From contig NW_027271910.1 of NCBI RefSeq assembly GCF_040938485.1, positions 186,001 through 250,000 of the forward strand: a DNA stretch of 64,000 bases, written 5' to 3'. The notes beneath the pieces are model-generated. The model saw only the letters and a list, made by a program, of their open reading frames with translations. It made no database searches and was not told the origin of the DNA. The translations under genes were made by a program, and so were the position numbers. Within the stretch, counting starts at the first letter, position 1, and the number at the start of each line of letters is the position of its first letter. Positions 14,401 through 26,528 of this stretch are shown one piece after another. The stretch comes from Diadema antillarum. Lineage: Eukaryota.

Positions 14401-17128
14401 CATTCTATTTTGTCAATATAAGAAATATTTTACACATATAATCGCTGTATACATACTAATATTGATGATGAGTTATCAGTGCAGTTTCACTGTAAATGAT
14501 ACAGTGTCCCAGAATTTAGTGCCAGCACGTTTGTATTGCCGTATGCAGAGCCCTACTTATTGCTGTGAAGAAGAGGTTACAGCTCGTTATTCTGAAGGTT
14601 TGTTATTCCGAAGGCTCTTCAGTCCGAAGATTCGTTATTCCGAAGGTTCGTTATTCCAAATTTCATTTTCGGATTAACAAATCTTCGAAATAACAAACCT
14701 TCGGAATAACGCCACAAATGCTCAGATTAACGAATCCTTTTTCATTTTTGGATTAACGAACCTCTAGTTATAGGGAATTTGTGTGTTTCGGATTAACGAA
14801 CCTTTGGAATACAGACCTTCGGAATAGCGAACTCTCGTAATAACGAACAGTACCCGTAGAAGAAATCATCAATGTGCAAATGTAGAATTTTTGCTTAAAT
14901 GCAACTGGTAATGCACTCATATAAATCTTAACTTTATTAGAATTGATGTGTTAGGTTATTAGACTGATTACCTTGATTCTGTTGTAATATGAGTTTATTG
15001 GAGTCAAAATCAATCTATTCTAAACGTTGTTATGGAATATTGTTGTCATTTCCATTAGAGCATGCAGCATTTCTGCCACCTCTGAAGGAAGGTAAAAGAT
15101 ACTGGCCTGGTTTTTATATTCCAAGCCCTCATTCATGTACAGATTTGATTATGCACTCTTTGTTTCATTTGTGTTGCTCGGGGATGGTTAGGAGGGGGAA
15201 AATGCATTTAGGGAGGTTATAACAATGCAATTGGTATAAAAGTATTAAGATATGAAGTTAGATATTTTTTTATGTGCCATCTTCTATTGATGGAAGAATT
15301 CCGCTCAGTGAGAATCATAGATGGGGAAGTGGGGTTACTGTTTTGAGATATCATACCCTATGTCCCCCCCCCCCCCAAAAAAAAAAAAAAAAAAAAAAAA
15401 TTACAACGGGACCCTCCGCAATGATAACTTTTGAAATAGTGAATCAATCCAAATATAATTTCAGGGTATGAAACGATAACTCATTGCCTACATCTTACAG
15501 AAAACCCCATTTGATTTGCTTCAGTGGTCAAAGAGCAATGAGGAATTTTGTAGAGCATGTCAAGATTCTCTTCCTTCCAAGTTCTGTCTATTGTGTTTAC
15601 ACATTGATTTGCAGTTCCAAGAGCATCCAAGTGCTAAACTTGGAAGAATCAGACTCATGACATGCTTTACAACAATCCACATTTCTCTGTAACCGCTTAA
15701 CCAAATTGAATGGGGTTTTCTGCAAAATAGAGCTAAGATGTTATATTTTAAGACCCTGAAGTAGCATTTGGACAGTTTAATCATATTGGGAGTTATCAAT
15801 GTGAAAATCTGATTGTAATTTCTTTGCGGACATAACTGTAGATTTAGTGTTCAGTAAAGCATCTGTGCAATCGCCATGTGCAGACACATACATGCATCAT
15901 CTGCATAATTTCGAGTCTTCTTCTGCCATGTTACTGTGAAAACCAGAAATATTCATGGCATGAAATTTCCATGAATTGGAGCTGATGACCTTTGCCTCGG
16001 CATTTCATTTTTCCATCAAATTGTCACTGGCGTCATAAATGCATAGTTTGGACAAGAAAATAATCTTGCAAATCTTGGCTTCTCTGTCAAATTAGGGTAA
16101 ATTTCTGGTTTTGCAGTATTTGTATGACTGTGGGAGCCAACCATGTGGTAGCAGCTTGCTTTCAACATCAATCTTTTGCGTGCATTTCTTAAGATAAAGG
16201 ATTTGTTTGAAAGCAGCTTGCTTTCAACATCAATCTCTTGCCTGCATTTCTTTAAATAAAGGATTTGTTTCAATATCTTTTGTTCAAGTTTCGCTCAAAA
16301 GCAATTACAAGTATTGGGATAAGGCAATAAAAATTTATCTGCTTTGCTTCTTTCAGTTATTCTGCTCTTAAAGTAATTACAGCTGTATTGTGTGCATTTA
16401 CAGTAAGAAGAAAAGGTGAAGCAGAAAAAAAAAGATCACCTGAGGTAGAAATGCTCTTTTTATCTTTTTGTTATTTTTTTAAAACAAAAGTTGCTTTAAA
16501 AAGGCTTGAATTGTGAAATTTGTTATAAGCAAAGTGTAAAAGTTTAGTTTAGGTCGTCAGGAAGCCATATCCTGTTAAAATTCAAGAAATCTGGAACTGA
16601 AAGTAGCATTTTATTATTTTTTTCCCCTTCAGCCAATTCTTCTCATAAAGGGTTGCCATAGGACCCGGACCGGACATGAATTACATACCTGAATGTTAAA
16701 GTAGTAACAGTTTCACTTCACAATTTAAAAAAAAAATCAAAAACAAAAGGAAACAAAGGCAAGACAAAGGAATCACTTACACCATAAAAAAACCCTGTCT
16801 GTGGTTCGAGTATCTATTAGCACAGAAAACCCCACAGCATTCTTCATACTAAAGACATTGGCACAGAAAGGGGTAAGGGAACTTTAATGGGAAAGTTGAT
16901 CAGAAAGTGATAGTGTTATAACTTATTGTCATCATTGGAGCAGATACTGTTTCAAATTAAAGCATTTTAGTATATTTCAATGACCGCATTTAATTACATA
17001 TCAAAAGTCATTATAGGAGACTTGAAAGTAAGACTAATTCTATGTGTGTGACAAAAAACATAAACTTTGTGCATACATCTTTCTTTATTTTTGCTTGTGT
17101 GTTGGATGGACAGAATCAAAAGAGTAAG

Positions 17129-17163
<35 letters not shown>

Positions 17164-20100
17164 GCTATGTGTCTGTCTGTGTGTGAATACTGCGATGCGA
17201 AAGGGTGCATGGTTATAAATGCAGCTACGCGTTAACAACACGTGTCGGTTAAATCTGAAAGCTTTCAGCAGAAATTGGCTGTCCGACAAAACAAAGCAAA
17301 TCTGATCGACGTTCATTCACGTCAAGGTTCATTTGAATATACAGTGTATACAGGAATCAGATGAAAGAAAAATTCCCCAAAATTGTTTTTACAAGAATTA
17401 CTTTTGCATTTACTTTGCATTTTTAAGGCAAGTTTTCAGCATACTGTTCATTGGTAGATTAGTTCTTCAGCTGTAAAAGTTCTATGAACGACAAACATGA
17501 AAGGGAAAAAAAAAGAAGAAAATATGCAAATGCACTACCATATCATTGCTATTACTTCATTTTATCCACTGGGATTTTTTTTTTTGAAAGCCTAGTATAT
17601 CAATTTTTTTTTTAATAAGGTCAAATGATAAGATTTCATGACATTCAATTCTCTCCACTGGCTAAATTGCAACTATCTAATAAACTTATCACAAGCATGC
17701 TGCAGCATTCCAACTCTGATATACATAGGAAGTAAGTGTAATATTTCATTATCTCTGCATTTTGAGAGAAAAAAAATGCCCCCAACCAAAAGTTAGTTCC
17801 TAGGCCGTTTTCTTATTCAAAGCTTTCATTTCTTTTATAATTTGTTACATTCTATATTATGTAATTTCATATCTCTTCTTTTACATGGTCACGACGGCAA
17901 AGAACAGATCAAATAAAATGTTATTTATTTTTTGTTGTAAGTTTCTATAAAGTAGTTGTTGATTTTCCCCTATCTCTTGGGTGATTTTAAACACCAATAT
18001 AACAGGTCTGCTGCATTTCGTATAATGCCAATATCTGAAACCACTTTAAAACATTCCATTGAAAGAGCATGTCCCACTTTTTATGTGTGTGTATGGAGTA
18101 ATCCCCCTGTCCTCATTTAGTGTCATTCTAGTTTGTTTACAACTGCCATGCTTATACATTATGCTGCATACCAGCCTTGACAAACCCCCCCCCCCAAAAA
18201 AAAAAAGAATGAAAGAAGAAAGAAAAGAAAAAAGAAGAAAAAGAAGATTAGACCCATTACATCTAAATTACTTTCAGGTGTCTTCTATTTGACTTTCGAT
18301 ATAACAGTATGTGCACCCCCAAATTGCCATTATTATTCTTTTTTTTTTTCTTCTCATCATTTTAAACTCCGGAAATATGAAGTGCAGGTTGGGAACTCTT
18401 TCCCTTGTCATATGTAGCAACCACAGCTAACCTCTTTTGTTTTGCTTTCTGCTTGAAAGGCTGTACATAACTTCTTGTTTCTCTTCACGTTCTAATCTCC
18501 CTCCCTATTGGATGTCATTTATGGCGTGGGGTACCGTATTTATCTTAGTATTGATGTACACGTATGTGGGAATTGTCGTTTTATTGATGGAGACAAGTTT
18601 TTTCCTTTTTCATCTTGTCAGTCATGTAGAACTGGGTTAGTATTTACTTCTGACATGTGTATCACAGTGAAATTAGAAAGAAAAGCAATGGCATTTTATG
18701 ATTATTCATGTTGTCACCTTGGCAACTTGGCGCACATTTATGGAAAAGTATACAAGGAGCCAGTACAGTCATGATTTTGCGGATCATGGTCGCTTTTATT
18801 TTGCAGATATTGGCAGCTTTTGTAATATCCAGTGTTGGAGTATATTACTTCAGGGTACCACCAATATGCAAAGCAAGGTTGTAGAGCCGTGCCACAGATG
18901 CACTGTGGGATAGCTCGGTAGCATTTTTGTTTCCCGTTTTCATCCGCATACGATGCAACACAATCAATGCATGCATTTCTAGTACTACTCTTTTCCTCAT
19001 TTTGAATTTGGCATGAAAAGAGTTTTAATACAGGTTTTCAGTTTTACTGATTTTCGGCCATTAAAGTTGTCACTGTGATGCTGTAATGTGTTGGACGCAT
19101 GATGATACGCAATTTCAAGAAATCTTCAAAAATACCCCTGGATGAAAGACGTGACCTTGGTTGGTTGGTTGGTTGGTTGGTTGGCATACTCTACCACACA
19201 CAGTTCTTCTTCACCTACTCATCCTGCCTGGCCAGGTAATCCAAACTCTGTTCGCGCTGGTCTAGAGAGCAAGATCAGCCCAGACTAAATCCAACTTTGC
19301 TACAGAGCCATCCCACAATGCATCTGAAACAGGCTGGCAGGGGTTGGCATTTGCATATTGGCAGTACCCCCAAACTGTTGTATGCCATAGCACCATCATA
19401 CAAAAATGTCTTCTTCTTCTTTTTTCGGTTTTTTTTTTTTTCATTCTTCTGCCCACAAGCTAAGCCAGGCAACCGATTTCTGTCAATGGAATTGTATAAT
19501 GATATTAGAAGTTGTATTCTCCTTCTTTCCAGTCTCTCACACCGAGCTACCAAAATGACAGGGACAACTCGTTTTTAGACTCTAGACGGTGTTGGTAAGA
19601 AGCCTTCAAAAGTGTACTACCTATTTCGCACAAAAACTTGTCACACATTAACTTGTCAAATATGTACTATGATATCAAATTGCCATAATATTTTGCACTC
19701 AATATCAATAAGGCTTCTTCATTTCGGCAAAATTCACTTTTACCTATTATTTTCAGGTTATTAGGTAATTTTTTAGTTTTTCGGTTCAGCACTATTTCTT
19801 CTGTAGTCACAGAATTCTTGCATCCTTTGAGTGCTAGATTTAGACTCCTGCACCAGTCTACAGTTCTAATTGTGTGGGGGGGTTTTCCCCTAAGGTCCAA
19901 GTTCTGTCTTTCTTTTTTCACATGGTTACATTGAAATCTGAGTGAAGTACACTGAGTATGATGGCGATCATATGTAGAATGCAATGTACAAAGTGTCCTT
20001 TGGCAAAATTCACTTTTACCTTTTATTTTCATGTTATCAGGTTATTTTTCAGTTTTTTGGTTCAGCACAAGTTTCTCTTCCATAGTCACAGATATGTATC

Positions 20101-23100
20101 AAACAGTACAAACACAGATCCAGTACTGTATGATACTATGGGATGATTTGAAATCAGAATATAAAATGCTCTTATTTGATCTTCACATGATTCTCTTGTC
20201 CAGGCCAATGATATGTGCACATACAAATGTGTAGTACATACATTTTATCGCTTCTTTGATTTGTTTAATGAAAGCAAAGCTTTAATTCGTAACTACTTGT
20301 GATTTCCTGTCAGTATACACTGTCAGCTGTGCTGACAGTTGTTAGATTTTAGTTAGAATGCTCTGTGATACCTGAACTGAATAGTTTAGTGGGATTGCAA
20401 TGCACTGTGTACTGAGATTTTACTTGCGAATAACAACAATGATGCATTCAGACCATTTTATGGTCAGTGTTCTTGCTTTTAGCACATCAGTGGTAGCATT
20501 GGGCAGTCTAGAGTAGAATGGTTACCAGTGGCTGCATGTAGAGCCGCCAGGAAAGACCATGAAGTCCAATTAGCAATCTAAAATGGATGTAGTGGGGGGG
20601 GGGGGGGTGCTATGCAAACAATTCAGGTTCTGTTTTTTCTTCTTCTTCTTGTGAAGTACAGTCCACCATCTGGTACATTACATACTGTTTGGCCAGTCAG
20701 CGTAGTGCATATGGTGCATTCAAACCAAATAAAAAAATATAAAGGACTACTCTACGTGTAATGCTTGTGCAACTAAAAAAGCAGCTGCTTTCCTAGGTAG
20801 ATGGTTAGTAAACATAATGCACACACATTAATTTCATTTGTATATGCATGTAGGAATATGAATTTGTATATACAATGTACACATAGATACACACACATGC
20901 ACACATATAATGCACTTTTTTCTTTCTGCTTAAAGAGAAACGGGATTTCCGTTCAAGACATGGACAATTTTAAGTAGTCCCTGGAGCAAGAGATGGTGAT
21001 ATGAGCTAGGTGTTGTTGTAAAGAGGCACTGAATTTGTGACTAATCACATGTACTAGAATTTCTTATATCAAGTTGCTGGTTGATGGTGTCATATAGTGT
21101 ATATGGGGTTTATTTCAAAGTGTTTTTATTTTTGCAAATTTAGTGAGTCATGCAATGTTTGTGAAATCAATAACACTTAAAGATATTGCCTCCTGTTCCA
21201 CAAATGTGGTGTATTATCGTCCCCCAAGGTAGGAAATTGGTAATGTTCTCTTGAAAAGGCATGATATCTCTTTCTTATTACAAAAAAATGTACATCTTTT
21301 ATTGCAGATACAACAAACGGCATAGGATATTGCCTTACAAGTCCCAGTTTTTTCATGATACTTGTGATATATTTAGTATGTATATTACATCATGGTCTAT
21401 ATGATATGGCAGTGTGACACGATCCAACCAGAGCCCCATTCTGTAGGGATAATCATTTTCTGATTTCTATTTCTGTTTCCTCTTGATTGTCATAACTGGA
21501 CACATATTTGTTTACTCATACAAAGAAAACCTAAAGAGATCAAGATTATCTTTCTTTAAAAAAGAAAACACATGCAGGTACCATGGCTGTCTATTACTTT
21601 GCAACCACTCTACGATACAGGTTGGAATCCCAGTGAAGTGGTCAAAAACACAAAAACCGGCTGATATCTGCAAGAATCTTCAGAATTAAAGGAGGCAGAT
21701 TCTTAACATGAAGAAGAAGAAGAAGAAATAGAAGTGCTAGACATGATTGAGCCATTGTTTAGTTGGCTGTCTCTTGTGTTGGTCTTCAAACACGTCGCGC
21801 TCGTATTTCAAGTCCACAAGGAATGCCATCCTGTCAATCATCGGATGTCCATTGTGGTCTCATTGGGCAGAGTGTCAAGTTGTTATGTTTAATGTTTAAT
21901 CTGACCAGGGCAGTCTGCAAGTGGACATCAAGGACCACACGAGATTTCCTGAGAACACTTTCCATAGTCTTGTGCATTTGCCATTATTTGGTATAGATGG
22001 ATAGAGAGATACANNNNNNNNNNNNNNNNNNNNNNNNNNNNNNNNNNNNNNNNNNNNNNNNNNNNNNNNNNNNNNNNNNNNNNNNNNNNNNNNNNNNNNN
22101 NNNNNNNNNNNNNNNNNNNNNNNNNNNNNNNNNNNNNNNNNNNNNNNNNNNNNNNNNNNNNNNNNNNNNNNNNNNNNNNNNNNNNNNATCGTCGGCTCCA
22201 GCTCGTAGCCGAGCATTGGATTTGTTAATTTTTATGCTGTCTCCTCGGTTGATATTTATGTAAAATGTGACTTTAGAGACCACACCAGTTGTGAAAGATA
22301 CGTGTGCAGGATTCGTACAGGAGAGAGAGATATAGATAGACAGATAGATAGAGTGAGTGAGAGAGAGAGCGTCAGTTTTGTTGGTATCAGTGATTCATCA
22401 TTGATGGATCTTCAGAATTTAATGACATTCATTCCCTCATTCATTTCCCACCTCCCGCTCTTGATTACCAAACATCCTTCCATTCTGTATTGTATCGTAC
22501 AATGAAACCAACAATGTCTCAGTCTTGTGTGAAAGAAACATTCAGCTACCTCCATCTCAAGCATTCAAGCAAACTCACCCTCTCTGTAACTGAATGTAGG
22601 CAGTAATTCTTCCATGTCCATTCCAGCCTTGTCTTGTCACATGTTTGCGAACCATTGCCAGAGACTCCAACTCTCCCGTTTTCGACGGGAGATCTCCCGC
22701 CGAAAGCCCATTTTTGCACAATCTCCCGTTCTCCCGTTTGAGATTTGATTTCTCCCGCCCTGGCTCTGTGTCTCCCGGTGGAAAGGATTTCTAACTTATT
22801 TCTATCGTATGTTGAAAAAATAAGCCTTAACAGTTAGATAGCAGCAGAGAACATGATCTAGAATCCTAGGAACTTCGCGCTGTGCACACATCAACTTGGA
22901 GTCTCCCGTTTGCTAGGGGTTTCGGGCGGGAGAATCTCCAGATCAGAAGGTGCTTGGGGTTGGAGTCTCTGCATTGCCCAACTCACAAAAACTTCATGCT
23001 TAACCCGTTGAGGACTAGCAGATTTTGCTACAACACACATTTCCCACAGACACATGCCCAAGTGTACTCAGGACTAGTCTCCAACGGGTTAAATCTTATA

Positions 23101-25194
23101 TGATTGAAAAGTGCATATTGTAGTTTTGTACTGTATCAGTTGACATGACTGTGTTGGATATTTCATGCCTTGTTGAAGAAAGTAATTGTGCTCTAGAATC
23201 CTAGAGGTGCATGTCTTGCTTCTTGTTACAGGGAATATTGACTGTGCATGTTATGATGCTAGAAGTCTTTATGGGTACAGGTACAATGTATGTGATGAAT
23301 TTACAAACATACTGATTAGGCATGGAGAGTAATTTACTGTCTGAAACTTATCTAAGATATGGATAGAGCAATGCCAATGTGATTATATTCTTAAGCCCAG
23401 GGAATTGCTTTTGTTGTTGTTTTTGAACAATTCATCAGAGTCATTATTTTTTCGTTGCTGCTTTATGTCAGTTGTGCCTTCTTGAATATGATTTTTTTTC
23501 CTTCATATGTTTTATATATGTTTGAAACCTATTTTGCATCTTGTTGTCATTTTGTTACAACCACCATGCTTTGTTTTGCCAATCGACAGTGGCAAGAATC
23601 TCACTTCTGCAAGTGATGGCCTGGACAATTACCTGCCTGTATTGAAATATTTCTTTTTCTTTTCTATCAAGGGCAACTGTATTACTACACATGTCTTAAA
23701 AGTATGTGGCTAGATAGTCAGGGACATAGAAGAACAAGTGGTATTTAGTATATTCTTTGCCAATAGAGAGCAGACAGCCTTTTGTAAAATTTACTAACTT
23801 TGTAACACATTTACTGATTGCAAGCCAATAAAACATAAAAGCAGCGCAATGACCAAAAATATGGAAAGGTAAGCTTGGTGCTTGTAGAAATATTTCACAA
23901 ATGTTCAGTAATGCTCTGATGAAAGCGAATAGTTTTCTCCACACTTGATCTTGTAAAGGTTTTGGGGTAGTTTGAGCTATGCATGCATTAATCAGTTGCT
24001 CATAGGCAATTGTGTTAGAATGGATTAATCCTGTTTTTTACTCAAGGATGGTACTAAGAATGGATTAATCCTGTTTTTAACACAAGGACGGTACTAGACA
24101 TATTTTGTTGACCCCCGAGGTCACGCTCTTGCCACAGAGTCATGTGTACAACAAATACACAAAGTTGTTTGTCATGGAGGTTTTTTGGGGATATCTGATT
24201 GCTAAAATGATCAAATACATTTTATGCTGCTTTTTGTGTAACACTGTGGGTTGTTGGGAAAGTTTTACCCAAAAATTTGAATGTGCCGTTTGTAAGAGAA
24301 TGTTTCTTACAAGCATAAAAGAGGCATTCCTGACAATTTTGATTTTGAAATGGTGAAATGCAATCACCATCAGAAAAAGCCACTATTCTATTCTGTGCAT
24401 GTAAAAAAAAAAAAAAAATCAGGTTGCTTGGGTCAAGCTAAGGGTCAGCTTGCTCACTGACTTAACAATTTGTTTAACCTGTTGAGGACGAGTCCCGAGT
24501 ATACTCGGGCAAGTGTCTATAGGAAATGCGTGTTGTAGCAAAATCAGCCCGTCCTCAATGGGTTAATAGTGCACCACAAATCACCACAAATATTGTGTGG
24601 TGATATACTAAAAGGAAAGCTGTTGTAAGGGCACACAACTGGTTGAAAACAACAAAAAGAACACTCCAGCTCTGTACTGACCTGTAAGATTTAAACCTAC
24701 AATTAGATAAGATGGGTGGGTAGTGAATGTGTGCTATTATCGAGTACAGAGCTCATAGAGGCAGAAATCCCAAAGATATGGGGTCACTTTTCATCAGGTT
24801 TTTTTTTTCTTTTTCTGAGGTTAACCAAAGTTGTAACTTTAATATCATTACAAAAGTGAATGCGTCATTTGGATGTAAATGTTAGGTATCAAGTGTTGTT
24901 CTTCTTCTTCTTGAAATGTGTCTCATGGTTTCCTTTCTTCCACCACTGGTGTCCATGACAAACACTTTGAATTTCATTTCTCATACATGTGGAATTGTTT
25001 TTAAAGTACAGGTGATTCATGTGTTGTACAACTTTTTGTTGGATCCAGAGAGTTCACGTATTAATTCTGTGTCTGTTGTGTGAATTTTTCCCACAGCTCC
25101 CCTTAGACCAACCAATTCCTGTCCTCCTGGCAACATCGCGGAACTTCAGAGGGCCTTCAAGAAGTTTGGGATCAGAGAGGAGTCGAGCGCATAG
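1345..25194 (+). CDS. 5'-partial multi-exon gene; Tyr-motif/proline-rich disordered C-terminal tail of a signalling protein (receptor or adaptor, identity unresolved)
   Basis: Exons 1345-1512, 3494-3622, (6016-6021), 6459-6701, 10937-11068, 12651-12663, 19204-19235 and 25097-25194 all have AG/GT boundaries and join in one open frame ending ...PGNIAELQRAFKKFGIREESSA*. Motifs: EDEYLVP, GYVKM, GYTNM, PPPLPRK. Confidence 0.8.
1597..1773. mobile_element. 177-bp Harbinger/PIF-like MITE
   Basis: TIR ggccccgttgc/gcaacggggcc, CTG 3-bp duplication on both sides; near-identical inverted copy at 55859-56035. Confidence 0.85.
2370..2820 (+). mobile_element. Degraded Helentron-associated (HINE/DINE-1-like) element
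   Basis: 3' subterminal repeat ttggcggaggt, hairpin gcgctctcagagtgc, ttttctagttt end; 5' end eroded. Confidence 0.55.
3494..3622 (+). CDS. Internal exon (129 nt, phase 1-1): GRLTSTSSSQLGSLSESFEEGLNTYDPGDRMPDREAPRPPLEA
   Basis: Poly-T tract then tccag| acceptor, CAG|gtgaga donor, frame continuous with previous exon. Confidence 0.85.
3752..3973. mobile_element. TACTGTA...TACAGTA TIR MITE family; related copies at 4257-4500, 30943-31147, 37223-37391, 40921-41133
   Basis: TIR tactgtaaaagtgga/tccacttttacagta; the other copies share termini and gcatgaaattttc/cgcgaaa internal motifs. Confidence 0.75.
5411..5920. repeat. (TCTA)n microsatellite grading into degenerate 12/24-bp GATA-derived minisatellite
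   Basis: Pure TCTA run at ~5420-5455, then repeated tctattgatc/tgtggatata units. Confidence 0.9.
6016..6021 (+). CDS. Candidate 6-nt microexon CTCATG (adds Ala-His, phase 1-1)
   Basis: tgtgtttctgtaacag|CTCATG|gtaagg: good acceptor and donor, frame-preserving. No transcript evidence. Confidence 0.5.
6459..6701 (+). CDS. Internal exon (243 nt, phase 1-1) with two YxxM motifs: AAHRAMPSSPHQLAPPQLPDNNTTTGYVKMRSF...DDVGYTNMRRLDG...GGGSPN
   Basis: C-rich pyrimidine tract then cacgcag| acceptor, G|gtgaga donor; same frame as track ORF 6437-6724; strong GC bias. Confidence 0.85.
7645..7868. other. Assembly gap (N-run); others at 22014-22187 and 42218-42525
   Basis: Runs of n. Confidence 1.
8703..9061. 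mobile_element. Two inverted copies of a ~157-bp Harbinger-like MITE (8703-8858 and 8902-9061)
   Basis: Reverse complement of copy 2 aligns along copy 1; each copy has TIRs and the sub-IR gatagcaactcttgctggaatggca. Confidence 0.85.
9172..9421. mobile_element. TA-flanked MITE
   Basis: TIR tgaagagtttgtttgcaaaaaccgata / tatcggtttttgcaaacaaattcttca, with TA on both sides. Confidence 0.8.
10937..11068 (+). CDS. Internal exon (132 nt, phase 1-1): GKTLTPPPLPRKSRSHHGYCTHLKSVPEEQAETGITSPMVHHIK
   Basis: Long CT-rich tract then aaaaag| acceptor, A|gtgagt donor, frame continuous. Confidence 0.8.
11649..12404. mobile_element. 756-bp piggyBac-like non-autonomous element
   Basis: TTAA|ccctaatcaggctggg ... 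cccagcctgattaggg|TTAA; palindromic ggggggcggaatccgcccccc near both ends. Confidence 0.9.
12651..12663 (+). CDS. 13-nt microexon (METN-S, phase 1-2)
   Basis: Branch-point-like gactaac at ~12616, ccatcag| acceptor, CAG|gtaaga donor; frame restored by the 32-nt exon at 19204. Confidence 0.7.
13130..13200 (+). mobile_element. tRNA-derived SINE head or tRNA pseudogene
   Basis: A-box TGGTGTAGTGG (13136-13146), B-box-like GTTTCGAATCC (13180-13190) at tRNA spacing, partial acceptor and T stems; anticodon arm degenerate. Confidence 0.65.
13214..14196 (+). mobile_element. Helentron-associated non-autonomous element (HINE/DINE-1-like)
   Basis: T-run start, 5' subTIR atgcctctgcca with nearby IR ggaggcat, (GTCC)n microsatellite, 3' subTIR tggcggaggcat, hairpin gtcgccatagcgac, T-rich end. 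Confidence 0.85.
14575..14858. mobile_element. TIR element built from tandem ttcgttattccgaagg motifs; related copy at ~42935-43502
   Basis: Forward motif cluster at left end and inverted cluster (ccttcggaataacgaa) at right end. Confidence 0.7.
19204..19235 (+). CDS. 32-nt exon (SSSSPTHPAWP, phase 2-1)
   Basis: cacacag| acceptor, CAG|gtaatc donor; 13+32=45 nt restores phase 1 into the last exon. Confidence 0.65.
22659..22971. mobile_element. hAT-like MITE
   Basis: TIR cagagactccaac/gttggagtctctg, subterminal ctcccg repeats, 6-bp flanking duplication cattgc. Confidence 0.8.
24478..24562. mobile_element. 85-bp piggyBac-like MITE; further copies 23004-23088 (reverse), 28357-28442 (diverged), 53740-53824, 63127-63211
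   Basis: TTAA|ccYgttgaggac ... gtcctcaaYggg|TTAA with internal palindrome cccgagtatactcggg. Confidence 0.9.
25097..25194 (+). CDS. Terminal coding exon: APLRPTNSCPPGNIAELQRAFKKFGIREESSA*
   Basis: tttttcccacag| acceptor, phase-1 frame, TAG at 25192-25194. Confidence 0.75.
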
Positions 25195-26528
25195 CCAACG
25201 AAAACCTGACACTCTGCCCCCAATGGGATGTGGAACTTGTAAAGTGACCCGTTGATGTTCAAACTGGATTATAATATAATTTTTATCTTGACGGGAAAGC
25301 AGAGCTCTCTGCGAATGTAGGGAGTGCAGCTAAGTGACAAATGTTTGATTGCCGCCTAAAAATGTGTGACTGGTGCAAGGAGGTGTTCTCGAGAAAGGCA
25401 TTATACAAGGCGTCCACGGAAACGACACCATGTGATCTTCAACAGAGAGTTAGCCCTCCACCAAGGGGCTGGACGCAAGAGGGGCGAAATCAAGGGATCG
25501 TGTCTTAAAGCAGCTAATCAACCTTAGTCTTTCCTGTGGCTAAACGTGTAGGATGGTGCGCGTAGCATCACAGACAACTAATATGATCCTATGCAAAGAA
25601 ATCAAAGCTTTGTTTATGACGTGTGACGAATATGCCAACCAACACATAGCTTGTTACAAATTAGCAGACAACAACAAAACCGCAGTCTTTTCGACAAATT
25701 TTGCTTAGCTTTTCTGGGAAGCCCATGGTTACTTGTTTTGTTTTTTCCCTCTCTTCTGTGAAAAAGCGTGCATCAAGTAATCCAGTGTGTGAGTGACATA
25801 CAGACTGTAAGGGTTGTCAGAAATGGAGGATTTGGAGCATTCTTTCCATTTTGCTGCAAAGTGCTATGTGCTGAGATGACCAGCTGAAGTGGTGCTTGAA
25901 GTTGACTCTGAGCAGCGAGTGATGTATCAAATAATTTATGATGACAGACTCTCACCGCTGACAACAAGAGAGTATGATCTATGGAAAAGGTTGTGTAGCT
26001 GCAGTGTAGTCGATCCCAGCTTGAATTTATAGCTTTCAGTCACATTACAGAAACGTGTAAGGTTGATTCTAGAGATGCGTGTGATATTTTGTATACCAAG
26101 GAGCTGTGTGAAGAGAGTGCCTTAGTTTTGATACACAATCGTATTGTCTTAATCTAGTTTTGATACACAATTGTATTGTCTTGATTGTGACAGACTTTTA
26201 TTCATTGATTATAGTTGTGGGTGTGTCAAATGATATCAATATTACCACTACGCATGAATATATGATCCAGATTCATTGAGACATCCCTTATCGTTGGGAG
26301 ACTACAGGGATGCCAGTGTTCGGGACTATTCAGTTTTCAGTAACATTACTGGATGTGAACCACAAATTTCAAATTCTGGTATCTTCCCAAATCCCAATGT
26401 ATACCATAAGATGAGTGACAGGTGATTAATTTACCCATAATATGTGAAATGTTGTCTATGCATGACCCAGCTATAAACTTTGGGGTTTGTGAAATAGTAT
26501 GCATCTTATCATAGACTGGCATTATCGA

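Noticed and set aside
17706-17731. 26-nt exon candidate with gtaagt donor that would also compensate the 13-nt microexon
   Set aside because: Poor polypyrimidine tract and hydrophobic peptide unlike the rest of the tail; not supportable without reads.
18905-18925. tRNA A-box-like gggatagctcggtag
   Set aside because: No B-box or cloverleaf downstream.
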